Of a stretch of 64,000 nucleotides of DNA, positions 44,658 through 52,829 are shown piece by piece. This DNA comes from Candidatus Levybacteria bacterium RIFCSPLOWO2_12_FULL_41_12 (GTDB lineage: Bacteria; Patescibacteriota; Microgenomatia; Levybacterales; UBA12049). Each line of letters opens with the position of its first letter. Within the stretch, counting starts at the first letter, position 1. A program made the translations under genes and the position numbers. The stretch is taken from the NCBI GenBank assembly GCA_001784155.1, contig MFPL01000002.1, forward strand, positions 108,520-172,519, in the 5' to 3' direction. The notes under the pieces were generated by a model, which was given only the letters and a program-made list of their open reading frames with translations, was not told the DNA's origin and ran no database searches.

Positions 44658-45068
44658 CTAGCGTTCGCCCGTAATTCGCTTTACAACCTTGTCCGCCTCC
44701 GCTATTCGAGGTTCATGCTCTCTCCTCAATTCAGCAAGCCCTCTGGCTATTTCGTTGTATCTAGTCTCTACTACCTCACGTTCTGCCTTTAATAAACCAC
44801 CCATTTGTTGGTCGAATTCTGAATTTACCTTTGCAAAATGCTCGCGGCGGGCAATAGCCCCTCCTATTTGCTCTATACGTGCCCCAATGGGTAGACGTGT
44901 CAGAGCTAGAAGTCTTTCTACGGATTCACCAGCTCCTACTCCTTTACCAATTTCTGCAAGCCAGGATAATTTTTGTTCGTCAGGGATTGCTGGATCAGAA
45001 CTTATTTGATGAGCTAAGGTAAATGGATCTTGTGGTGTTGGTGTGCTTGGTGTATTTGAAGCCGACAT
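44658..45068 (-). CDS. Hypothetical protein (136 aa), GC/Ala/Arg/Glu-rich, inserted between rpsJ and rplC
   Basis: Clean ORF whose composition contrasts with the flanking r-protein genes. No recognisable motifs. Confidence 0.45.
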   Translation of the reverse strand: MSASNTPSTPTPQDPFTLAHQISSDPAIPDEQKLSWLAEIGKGVGAGESVERLLALTRLPIGARIEQIGGAIARREHFAKVNSEFDQQMGGLLKAEREVVETRYNEIARGLAELRREHEPRIAEADKVVKRITGER

Positions 45069-45080
45069 ACTTCTATTATA

Positions 45081-45389
45081 CTACATTCGGATTTCTACAT
45101 TGACTCCCGCCGGTAGTTCCAGATGGGTAAGACTGTCTATTGTCTTATCTGTAGGCTGAAGAATATCTATTAGTCTTTTATGAACTTTGATTTGGAAATG
45201 ATCTCGTGCGTCCTTATCTATGAAGGTCGACTTATTTACTGCATACACGCTTCTTTTTGTAGGCAAGGGGATAGGACCGACAACTTTTGCTCCAGTTCTT
45301 ATTGCCGTATCAAGTATCTGCTGACAGCAAGAGTCAATTACTCTTGCGTCATAGCTTTTGAGTCTAACTCTAATTCTTCCCTTTGGCAT
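45081..45389 (-). CDS. rpsJ: 30S ribosomal protein S10
   Basis: 102 aa. RIRVRLKSYDARVID...PLPTKRSVYAV. Confidence 0.95.
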   Translation of the reverse strand: MPKGRIRVRLKSYDARVIDSCCQQILDTAIRTGAKVVGPIPLPTKRSVYAVNKSTFIDKDARDHFQIKVHKRLIDILQPTDKTIDSLTHLELPAGVNVEIRM

Positions 45390-45415
45390 TTTTAAAATTC
45401 AAGGTACAAGAAGCT

Positions 45416-46597
45416 TTATGCTATTATTTTGCTTATAACTCCAGCCCCAACGGTTTTTCCGCCTTCTCTGACTGCGAATCTCAATCCTTCCTCAAGTGCG
45501 ATGGGGGCTATGAGCTTAACTGTCATTTTTGTGGAGTCTCCAGGCATTACCATCTCAACTCCTGTAGGAAGCGCAACTTCTGCTGTAACGTCTGTTGTTC
45601 TGATATAAAACTGTGGTCTGTATCCGGTAAAGAAAGGTGTGTGTCGTCCGCCCTCTTCTTTTGTAAGAATATAAACTTCTGCTTCAAATTCTTTGTGAGG
45701 GGTGATTGATCCTGGTTTTGCGAGAACCTGTCCGCGTTCTACGTCTTCTTTTTCTACTCCTCTGAGTAAAACTCCTACGTTATCTCCCGCCTGGCCTTCA
45801 TCGAGCTGCTTTTTAAACATTTCAACTCCGGTTACGACAGTTGACTTCGTATCTTTAATTCCAACTATCTCAACCGTGTCGTTAATCTTAACAATTCCTC
45901 TTTCAATTCGGCCAGTTACTACTGTTCCTCGTCCTTTAATTGAGAAAACGTCCTCAACAGGCATAAGGAATGGTTTGTCTGTTTCACGAGTTGGTGTTGG
46001 AATATCATTATCTACCGCATCCATTAAAGCTGCTATTTGCTTCTCTGCTTCTGCGTCTCCTTCAAGCGCCTTAAGAGCAGATCCTCTTATAATTGTCACT
46101 TTATCTCCGGCATATTGATATTTTGTAAGAAGTTCTCTTACTTCCATCTCAACTAGATCCAAAAGCTCTGCGTCTTGTACCATGTCACACTTATTAAGAA
46201 AGACTACTACAGATGGCACTCCTACTTGTCGCGCGAGTAATATATGCTCCCGAGTTTGTGGCATAGGCCCGTCGGGAGCTGAGACTACTAGAATTGCACC
46301 GTCCATTTGGGCGGCACCTGTAATCATATTCTTAATGTAATCTGCGTGTCCTGGAGCGTCGATGTGTGCGTAGTGGCGTTTGTCTGTTTCGTATTCGATG
46401 TGGGAAATATTGATCGTGACTCCGCGAGCCTTTTCTTCTGGGGCGTTATCGATATCTTCGTATTTCTTGGCTGTAGCTTGTCCTTTCTTTGAGAGCACAG
46501 TAGCAATAGCCGCAGTAAGAGTTGTCTTGCCGTGGTCTACGTGACCGATGGTACCGATATTTACGTGTGGTTTTGTTCTTTCGTATTTGTCTGCCAT
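45416..46597 (-). CDS. tuf: Elongation factor Tu
   Basis: 393 aa. [25 protein letters not shown] and all three EF-Tu domains. Confidence 0.97.
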   Translation of the reverse strand: MADKYERTKPHVNIGTIGHVDHGKTTLTAAIATVLSKKGQATAKKYEDIDNAPEEKARGVTINISHIEYETDKRHYAHIDAPGHADYIKNMITGAAQMDGAILVVSAPDGPMPQTREHILLARQVGVPSVVVFLNKCDMVQDAELLDLVEMEVRELLTKYQYAGDKVTIIRGSALKALEGDAEAEKQIAALMDAVDNDIPTPTRETDKPFLMPVEDVFSIKGRGTVVTGRIERGIVKINDTVEIVGIKDTKSTVVTGVEMFKKQLDEGQAGDNVGVLLRGVEKEDVERGQVLAKPGSITPHKEFEAEVYILTKEEGGRHTPFFTGYRPQFYIRTTDVTAEVALPTGVEMVMPGDSTKMTVKLIAPIALEEGLRFAVREGGKTVGAGVISKIIA

Positions 46598-46978
46598 TTA
46601 TCCAAGAAAAAAAATTAACCTGCACTTGAGGCTAATTTTCTTAACCTTTTCTACCATCAAATATTATTTAATGGTACTTTGCAATATACAGCAAAAACTC
46701 AAAATCGTCAAGAGGGAGTTTACCTAGATACGCCTGCTTGGTTCTCTGACTGCGGACTTCTGGATCTTGCCAGCGGAATCGGAAAAGTATCTAATAAAAC
46801 AAGCGTTTTTCTAACTTTTCCTGTGTTTGGTAAAGCTCTGTATTCAGTTCTCCAAATCCCTTCCCGGAAACCCTGGATCCTAGCTTTGGTTTCAGGATTC
46901 ATACGGACGGATTATAGCAGAAGGGTTCTTATTTGACAATTCAATTGTCTCTATTATAAACTGCCTCAGAAGTTTTAT

Positions 46979-47629
46979 ATGTTTAGAATTCAAAAGCTTG
47001 ACCTTTTAATTTCCATCTATATTCTTTTTGTGATTCTTTCAAATGTGATGGGAAATAAAACTTTCCCTCTTCCCGACATAGGACCAATTCATCTCAATGC
47101 AAGTGTTTCAATCTTTTTAATCCCTTTGATTTTTACGATAAACGACATGATTACTGAAGTTTTTGGAAAAGAGAGAACCAGAAGCATTATCCGATCCAGT
47201 CTTATCGTAATTTTTTTGACTCTCGTCTATTCTTTGCTTGCCACTAGCCTTCCTCCTTCCATGAGGTTTGCGCCGATGGAAGACGCTTACGATACGATCT
47301 TTGCCGTTTCAGCCAAATTCTCTGCGGCTTCTCTTATTGCTTTTGCGTCTGCGGAATTTTTGGACGTTTATGTATTCGCAAAGATAAGAGAAATGCTTGG
47401 GAAGAAAGCTTTGTGGCTCAGGACAAACTTATCAAACTTCGCTTCACAATTTATAGATACTGCTGTCTTTATGGTATTGGCTTTTTATGCACTCGATCTC
47501 TCATTCTCGGAAAACTTATCTTTCATCCTGAGCCTCTCAATTCCTTACTTCTTACTTCGATGTGTTCTGTCTATAATTGAGACCCCTCTTGTTTACCTCG
47601 GGGTCAAATGGCTTAAGGGGGAAAAATGA
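46979..47629 (+). CDS. Queuosine-precursor transporter family membrane protein (YhhQ/VUT, DUF165-like)
   Basis: 216 aa with 6 TM helices. AEFLDVYVFAKIREMLGKKALWLRTNLSNFASQFIDTAVF matches the conserved YhhQ core. Confidence 0.6.
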   Translation: MFRIQKLDLLISIYILFVILSNVMGNKTFPLPDIGPIHLNASVSIFLIPLIFTINDMITEVFGKERTRSIIRSSLIVIFLTLVYSLLATSLPPSMRFAPMEDAYDTIFAVSAKFSAASLIAFASAEFLDVYVFAKIREMLGKKALWLRTNLSNFASQFIDTAVFMVLAFYALDLSFSENLSFILSLSIPYFLLRCVLSIIETPLVYLGVKWLKGEK

Positions 47630-48393
47630 TCACTACGGCTGTCAAAACCCACAAAATTACAACTACTGATAAAGACATCCTAAGAATTCTGGATCGCTAT
47701 ATGCCGCGCCTTGCGGAGGGCTCGATAGTTGCGATAGCTTCGAAGATAGTCGCCATAACTGAGGGAAGATTAGTTAAAAAGACTTCAGAAACCCAGAAGG
47801 ATGAGTTGGCTGCAAAAGAGGCAGAATACTATCTTCCCAGAGAAGAAAATAAGTACGGCTTCTTAATAACTGTAAAGCATAATCTCCTCGTTGCATCGGC
47901 AGGCATCGACGAATCCAATGGTAATGGCTATCTGGTTCTTTGGCCTAAAGATCCACAGAAAAGCGCCAATATGATTCGCGAGTATTTGGTAAAAAAACAC
48001 AAAGTAAAAAGGGTTGGGGTAATAATAACCGACAGCAAGCTCACCCCGCTTCGTTGGGGGGTGACGGGATACGCCTTAGCGAGCAGCGGATTCAGGGTCT
48101 TGAACAGTTACATCGGCAAGCCTGATATCTTTGGCAGGCTTATGCATGCGGAAAAACTAAATGTTGCAGATTCCTTGGCAGCAGCTACGGTAGCAGTAAC
48201 AGGAGAGGGATCAGAGCAAACTCCAATCGCAATAATTGAAGACTTGCCTTCCGTAGTTTTCCAAAAAAGAAATCCAACTAATAAAGAAATAAAAGAACTT
48301 CACATAAGCCTTACAGATGATGTTTTCTATCCTTTGCTTAAAGCTGTAAAATGGAGGGTCAGAGTCCAAAGACCAGAAGAAGAGAAAAAATAA
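47626..48393 (+). CDS. CofE/F420-0:gamma-glutamyl ligase-family protein (function here unknown)
   Basis: 255 aa. VAIASKIVAITEGR...ASAGIDESNGNGYLVLWPKDP...GVIITDSK...GVTGYALASSG pattern of the PF01996 fold. Translationally coupled to the yhhQ-like gene. Confidence 0.45.
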   Translation: MITTAVKTHKITTTDKDILRILDRYMPRLAEGSIVAIASKIVAITEGRLVKKTSETQKDELAAKEAEYYLPREENKYGFLITVKHNLLVASAGIDESNGNGYLVLWPKDPQKSANMIREYLVKKHKVKRVGVIITDSKLTPLRWGVTGYALASSGFRVLNSYIGKPDIFGRLMHAEKLNVADSLAAATVAVTGEGSEQTPIAIIEDLPSVVFQKRNPTNKEIKELHISLTDDVFYPLLKAVKWRVRVQRPEEEKK

Positions 48394-48523
48394 TAAACGC
48401 ACAAAAAAGAATTAATGCTGTAGGGGAAGTAAGCATATCCTCTTTTCTCACTCGCCATACTCTTTTAATTTTTCTTTTTGCCATTCTATTAAGTATAGGC
48501 ACTATTTTTTAAAAGTGTCAAGT

Positions 48524-49147
48524 CTAGTTCTTAGGCTTTAATAACCAGCCAGCCATACCGTATGCCGTATTGTAATAATAAATATTTGCGCAGACCGTAA
48601 TTCTATTTTTGCCGGGAAAAGATTTCCAATTATTATAACTCCCCTTTGCATACTCCGCGCCTGTAAGCGTATAAGTCCTGAGTGAGCTTTTTACCAGCTC
48701 TAAGGTGAGGCATTTTTGGCTTGAGGCTATATATGAATATTCACAATCATTTGTCATTCCCCCTACGGTTTTTGTTGAACTATTTCCTCCGCTTATGATA
48801 TTTATCTTAAAATCCTTATTGGGAATGCAGGTTTCAGAACTTCCGTATTTACCGTTACCATTGTCGTCTTTCCAAATACCCAAATAATATCTGTACTTGT
48901 TGGTGCTTGAGGCCGCTGTCTCTTTTGATATTCCCTCTCTCTCCATTTGATTGATCACACTGCGCTCCACATCTGTTACTCCTTTCACAGCCTGGGAGAG
49001 GGAATTGTATTGGTATGCTCCGAAAAGAACTAAAAGCATTACTCCAAGACCCAGCGCCTTAGGCAGGGACATTATCCAGCCAAAAACACTCTTGTTTTGT
49101 CTTCGGTTAGAAACTCTTCTTCTTGATTTTGAGGATTTTTTTGCCAC
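48524..49147 (-). CDS. Hypothetical membrane-anchored secreted protein (Cys-containing, Asn/Gly/Tyr-rich)
   Basis: 207 aa. Basic N-terminus, TM helix, then an extracytoplasmic domain with 4 Cys. Confidence 0.4.
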   Translation of the reverse strand: MAKKSSKSRRRVSNRRQNKSVFGWIMSLPKALGLGVMLLVLFGAYQYNSLSQAVKGVTDVERSVINQMEREGISKETAASSTNKYRYYLGIWKDDNGNGKYGSSETCIPNKDFKINIISGGNSSTKTVGGMTNDCEYSYIASSQKCLTLELVKSSLRTYTLTGAEYAKGSYNNWKSFPGKNRITVCANIYYYNTAYGMAGWLLKPKN

Positions 49148-49277
49148 CTAATCTAGTGAACAATAATTCGTGCTGTTTGTCAATTAAAATTTTATATTTT
49201 TATTGTCAAGGGCCAAATTGTGGCATTTTTGAGATCAAATCATATATATAAATTAATAAAAACTATAAGGTGCTATA

Positions 49278-49502
49278 TTGCCTCCAATGAAAGAAAGGCT
49301 TGGCCTAGAAACAGGATTCATACTCCTTGTCCCCGTAATTATTATTGTTATCGGGATTATATTTCTAATTTCTCAATTACAGGAAAAGTCAAAAGACCCG
49401 AGACAAGAATTCCTGAAGAAGCTCAAGGAAAAAGAGCAAAAGTTAAACGACAAAGAAGAAAAACTGAAAAAGCTAGAGGAGAACCTAAGATATAGGGTCT
49501 AA
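49278..49502 (+). CDS. Possible small membrane protein with charged coiled-coil tail (74 aa)
   Basis: TM helix (GFILLVPVIIIVIGIIFLI) followed by a KE-rich helix. Convergent with fusA. Confidence 0.3.
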   Translation: MPPMKERLGLETGFILLVPVIIIVIGIIFLISQLQEKSKDPRQEFLKKLKEKEQKLNDKEEKLKKLEENLRYRV

Positions 49503-49503
49503 A

Positions 49504-51636
49504 CTACTCTACTCTTCCCGTGAATGTGGAGGCGGCGACCATTTGCGCCTGAATATTTTGGGGGACTTCTTCATAGTGAGATGGCTCCATATAATAAGAG
49601 GCTCGTCCTTGAGACATAGAACGGAGAGTTGTCGCGTACCCCGAAAGCTCAGCCAGAGGTGCCATAGCTAGAATTATTGTCGCTTTTCCGCGTTCTTCGG
49701 ATCCTGAAATCTGCGCTCTTTTTGAAGAAAGGTCTCCTATAACATCTCCCATAAATTCAGATGGAGTAGTGACTTCTACCTTCATGATCGGCTCAAGAAG
49801 CGTAAGCTTTCCGTTTCTTGCAGCCTGCTGAAGAGCCTGACTGGCTGCGATTTTAAATGCAATGTCCGATGAATCAACATCATGATAGGACCCATCATAA
49901 ACCTCAACGTCGAAGTCTACCATTGGATAGCCGAGATATATTCCGTTTTCCATCGTTTCCTTAACACCTTTTTCAATTGAAGATATGAATTCTACGGGAA
50001 TTGCTCCTCCTTTAACGGAATTAATAAATTCATATCCCTCTCCCCTGGGCTTTGGAATTACGCGAAGCAGACAGTGACCATACTGTCCTCGTCCTCCGGA
50101 TTGACGGATATATTTTCCCTCCCCCTTGGCTTCCTGTTTTATGGTCTCTTTATATGCCACCTGAGGCGCGCCAACATTTGCCTCTACTCCAAAGTCGCTC
50201 TTCATAGTATTTACTTTTACCTCCAGCTGAAGCTCCCCTACTCCTGAAATAATAGTTTGTCCTGTTTCATGGTTTGCCTTTACCTGAAATGTCGGATCCT
50301 CATCCATAAGGCGTTTTAGCGCAAAACCCAGTTTTTCCTGATCTGTTTTGGTCTTGGGCTCTATTGCTAAAGAAATAACAGGCTCTGGGAAAGAAATCTT
50401 TTCAAGAACTATTGGGGCTGTTTCATCACAAAGCGTATCTCCTGTTCCTGTCTCTTTAAGTCCTACTATTGCCACTATTTCTCCGGCAAAAGCTTCTTTA
50501 ATTTCCGCTCTTTGATTTGAGTGCATCATGAGTAATCTGCCTATTCTCTCTCTCGTGTCGCGGGAAGAGTTATAAGCATAAGAACCGGCTCCTATGGTTC
50601 CCGAATAAACTCTAAAATACGTAAGTTTTCCGACATGGGGATCGTTTTGGATCTTAAAAGCAAGGCCTGTAAATGGTGCATCTTTTGTGAGCTGACGGAC
50701 TTCTTCAGTCCCGGTTTTCGGATTTGTTCCTTTTACCTCTTTAAGGTCGACAGGGGATGGAAGGTATTCTACGACTGCGTCAAGAAGCGGCTGGACTCCT
50801 TTATTTCGAAGTGAAGTTCCTGCATAAATTGGTACCAGCTTATATGCAATAACTGCTGCACGCAATGCGCGTCTAAGTTCATCCTCTGTGGGTTCTTCAC
50901 CGCTGAGGTATTTATCCAGAAGCTTATCATCTGTCTCTGAAATCTTTTCAATAAGCTTGTGTCTGTATTTCTCGACTTGATCTTTCAAATCCTCCGGAAT
51001 ATCCGAAGTTACATCGTATTTGGCACCTAATTCGTCCGATCCCCATCTATAAGCCTTGCGCGTTAAAAGATCTACATTTCCTACGTAGGTTTGCTCGGCT
51101 CCTATTGGTAATACCATTATTGCAGTATTTGCACCCAGCTTATCCTCGATAGATTTTACAGTAGCTAGAAAGTCTGCTCCCAACTTATCCATTTTGTTTA
51201 CAAAGCAAATTCTAGGAACTTTATACTTGTCCGCCTGTCTCCAGACCGTTTCAGACTGAGACTGCACTCCTTCTTCTGCATCAAGAACGGTAATTCCTCC
51301 ATCAAGCACTCTTAAAGAACGCTCTACTTCTGCAGTAAAGTCTACGTGTCCGGGAGTATCTATGATATTAAATCTGTACTCGACTCCTTTATAAAGTCCC
51401 GCTGTTGGTGTCCAAAATGCAGTGGTGGCAGCGCTCACAATAGTAATTCCGCGCTCTCTTTCCTCTTTCATCCAGTCCATGACAGTTGTCCCCTCATCAA
51501 TGTCTCCGATTTTGTGGGTTTTTCCGGTGTAGTAAAGAATACGCTCCGTAGTTGTAGTTTTTCCCGCGTCAATATGGGCAATAATGCCTATATTTCTAAC
51601 CCTATCCAGTTCTTGTGCTTTCTGCTCGTCTGCCAT
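49504..51636 (-). CDS. fusA: Elongation factor G
   Basis: 710 aa. AHIDAGKTTTTE, DTPGHVDF, NKMD and domains III-V. Confidence 0.97.
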   Translation of the reverse strand: MADEQKAQELDRVRNIGIIAHIDAGKTTTTERILYYTGKTHKIGDIDEGTTVMDWMKEERERGITIVSAATTAFWTPTAGLYKGVEYRFNIIDTPGHVDFTAEVERSLRVLDGGITVLDAEEGVQSQSETVWRQADKYKVPRICFVNKMDKLGADFLATVKSIEDKLGANTAIMVLPIGAEQTYVGNVDLLTRKAYRWGSDELGAKYDVTSDIPEDLKDQVEKYRHKLIEKISETDDKLLDKYLSGEEPTEDELRRALRAAVIAYKLVPIYAGTSLRNKGVQPLLDAVVEYLPSPVDLKEVKGTNPKTGTEEVRQLTKDAPFTGLAFKIQNDPHVGKLTYFRVYSGTIGAGSYAYNSSRDTRERIGRLLMMHSNQRAEIKEAFAGEIVAIVGLKETGTGDTLCDETAPIVLEKISFPEPVISLAIEPKTKTDQEKLGFALKRLMDEDPTFQVKANHETGQTIISGVGELQLEVKVNTMKSDFGVEANVGAPQVAYKETIKQEAKGEGKYIRQSGGRGQYGHCLLRVIPKPRGEGYEFINSVKGGAIPVEFISSIEKGVKETMENGIYLGYPMVDFDVEVYDGSYHDVDSSDIAFKIAASQALQQAARNGKLTLLEPIMKVEVTTPSEFMGDVIGDLSSKRAQISGSEERGKATIILAMAPLAELSGYATTLRSMSQGRASYYMEPSHYEEVPQNIQAQMVAASTFTGRVE

Positions 51637-51639
51637 ATT

Positions 51640-51677
51640 AATTCAATTATCAATTTCTAATTTCCAATTTTCAATAC
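51640..51677 (-). promoter_or_regulatory. Heptad array (TTGAAAA TTGGAAA TTAGAAA TTGATAA TTGAATT) directly upstream of the fusA ATG
   Basis: Minus strand GAGTATTGAAAATTGGAAATTAGAAATTGATAATTGAATTAATATG. Confidence 0.45.
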
Positions 51678-51722
51678 TCTATTTTTGCTTGCCCTTCCGA
51701 AGTTTTAACGAAGGAGGGCTTA

Positions 51723-51746
51723 AAAAAACTCCCCTAAGGGGAATTT
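51723..51746 (-). terminator. Intrinsic terminator after rpsG (CCCCUUAGGGG plus U7)
   Basis: Minus strand AATTCCCCTTAGGGGAGTTTTTTT, about 20 nt after the rpsG stop. A second imperfect hairpin GCCCUCCUUCG...CUUCGGAAGGGC follows. Confidence 0.5.
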
Positions 51747-51767
51747 AGGAAGATTCACTCTTCCTTA

Positions 51768-52241
51768 TTATATCCTGAAATGTGAAAATGCCTTGTTGGC
51801 CTCAGCCATTCTGTGAGCGGTATCTCTTTTCTTTACTGCTTCACCTAAATTTTGATTTGCATCGTTAAATTCTGCTGCCAATTTTTCGGCGAAGGAGCGG
51901 TATTCTACATTTGATCTTTTTCTTGCTGCCTCTATAAGCCATCTTATTGCGAGAGAGGTCTTTCTGTCTCCCCGCACTTCCTGTGGAATTTGGTAGGATG
52001 CTCCACCCACGCGTCTAGCCTTTATTTCCTGCCCCGGTCCTACGTTTTGTATTGCTTTTTCAAATACTTCTAGCGCGTTTTCGCCTTTTTGAGAAAGTAT
52101 CTCCATCGCGCCGTAAAAAAGGTTTTCAGATGTGGTCTTTTTTCCGTCCTTCATCATGCGGTTAATAAACTTCGCGACCAGAACGCTTCCGTAAATTTTG
52201 TCTCCCTCTGTTTGTCTTTTTGCTACTTTTTTGTGTCTCAT
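51768..52241 (-). CDS. rpsG: 30S ribosomal protein S7
   Basis: 157 aa. Canonical S7 fold and C-terminus (MRHKKVAKRQTEGDKIYGSVLVAKFINRMMKDGKK). Confidence 0.95.
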   Translation of the reverse strand: MRHKKVAKRQTEGDKIYGSVLVAKFINRMMKDGKKTTSENLFYGAMEILSQKGENALEVFEKAIQNVGPGQEIKARRVGGASYQIPQEVRGDRKTSLAIRWLIEAARKRSNVEYRSFAEKLAAEFNDANQNLGEAVKKRDTAHRMAEANKAFSHFRI

Positions 52242-52258
52242 ATGCTAACCGCTCACTA

Positions 52259-52750
52259 CTAACTACTGGCTACTGACTCGGGCGCTGGTGTTTCTGCTTC
52301 AGGCGCTTGCGTTCCTACTGCCACTTTTGGAACTGCCACACTTCCGCCCTGCTTTGTTCCGTATTTGCTTCTTGATGTCTGTCTGCCCTGTACTCCTGCC
52401 AAATCATATTTACCCCTAACGATGTGGTATTTTACTCCTGCCAAATCCTTTACTCTTCCGCCTCTTACCAAAACTATTCCGTGCTCTGCAAGACTATGCC
52501 CTTCACCCTGAATGTATGCCGTTACTTCAGCTCTATTGGAAAGCTTTACCCTAGCTACTTTTCGAAGAGCAGAATTAGGCTTTCTTGGTGTCATTGTTTT
52601 AACAAGAGTCACAACTCCTCTTTTCTGAGGAGAGTTAACGTTCGTATAGACTCTGTCTTTCGCGTTAAAAAGACGCCGGAGCCCTGTAACCCTGGTCTTT
52701 GCGATCTTTCTTTTTCTTCCCTTTTTAGCTAACTGTGATAATGTAGGCAT
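52259..52750 (-). CDS. rpsL: 30S ribosomal protein S12 with about 12-aa N-terminal insertion and about 28-aa C-terminal extension
   Basis: 163 aa. [30 protein letters not shown]...[21 protein letters not shown] core, then an extra [27 protein letters not shown]. Confidence 0.9.
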   Translation of the reverse strand: MPTLSQLAKKGRKRKIAKTRVTGLRRLFNAKDRVYTNVNSPQKRGVVTLVKTMTPRKPNSALRKVARVKLSNRAEVTAYIQGEGHSLAEHGIVLVRGGRVKDLAGVKYHIVRGKYDLAGVQGRQTSRSKYGTKQGGSVAVPKVAVGTQAPEAETPAPESVASS

Positions 52751-52820
52751 ATTACAAAATTTCTAATTACTAATTTCTAATTTCTAAACATTGAAAATTG
52801 AGAATTAATAATTGAAAATT
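52751..52820 (-). promoter_or_regulatory. Heptad arrays upstream of rpsL: TTAGAAA TTAGAAA TTAGTAA TTAGAAA, preceded by (CAATTTT/CTCAATT) repeats
   Basis: Minus strand CAATTTTCAATTATTAATTCTCAATTTTCAATGTTTAGAAATTAGAAATTAGTAATTAGAAATTTTGTAATATG. Confidence 0.45.
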
Positions 52821-52829
52821 GTTCTGGTA

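Noticed and set aside
46900-46978. Possible preQ1 riboswitch upstream of the YhhQ-type transporter
   Set aside because: The region lacks the P1 stem followed by the A-rich ...AAAAAACUA tail of preQ1-I. Instead it contains a near-perfect 7-bp-arm palindrome that looks more like a protein-binding site.
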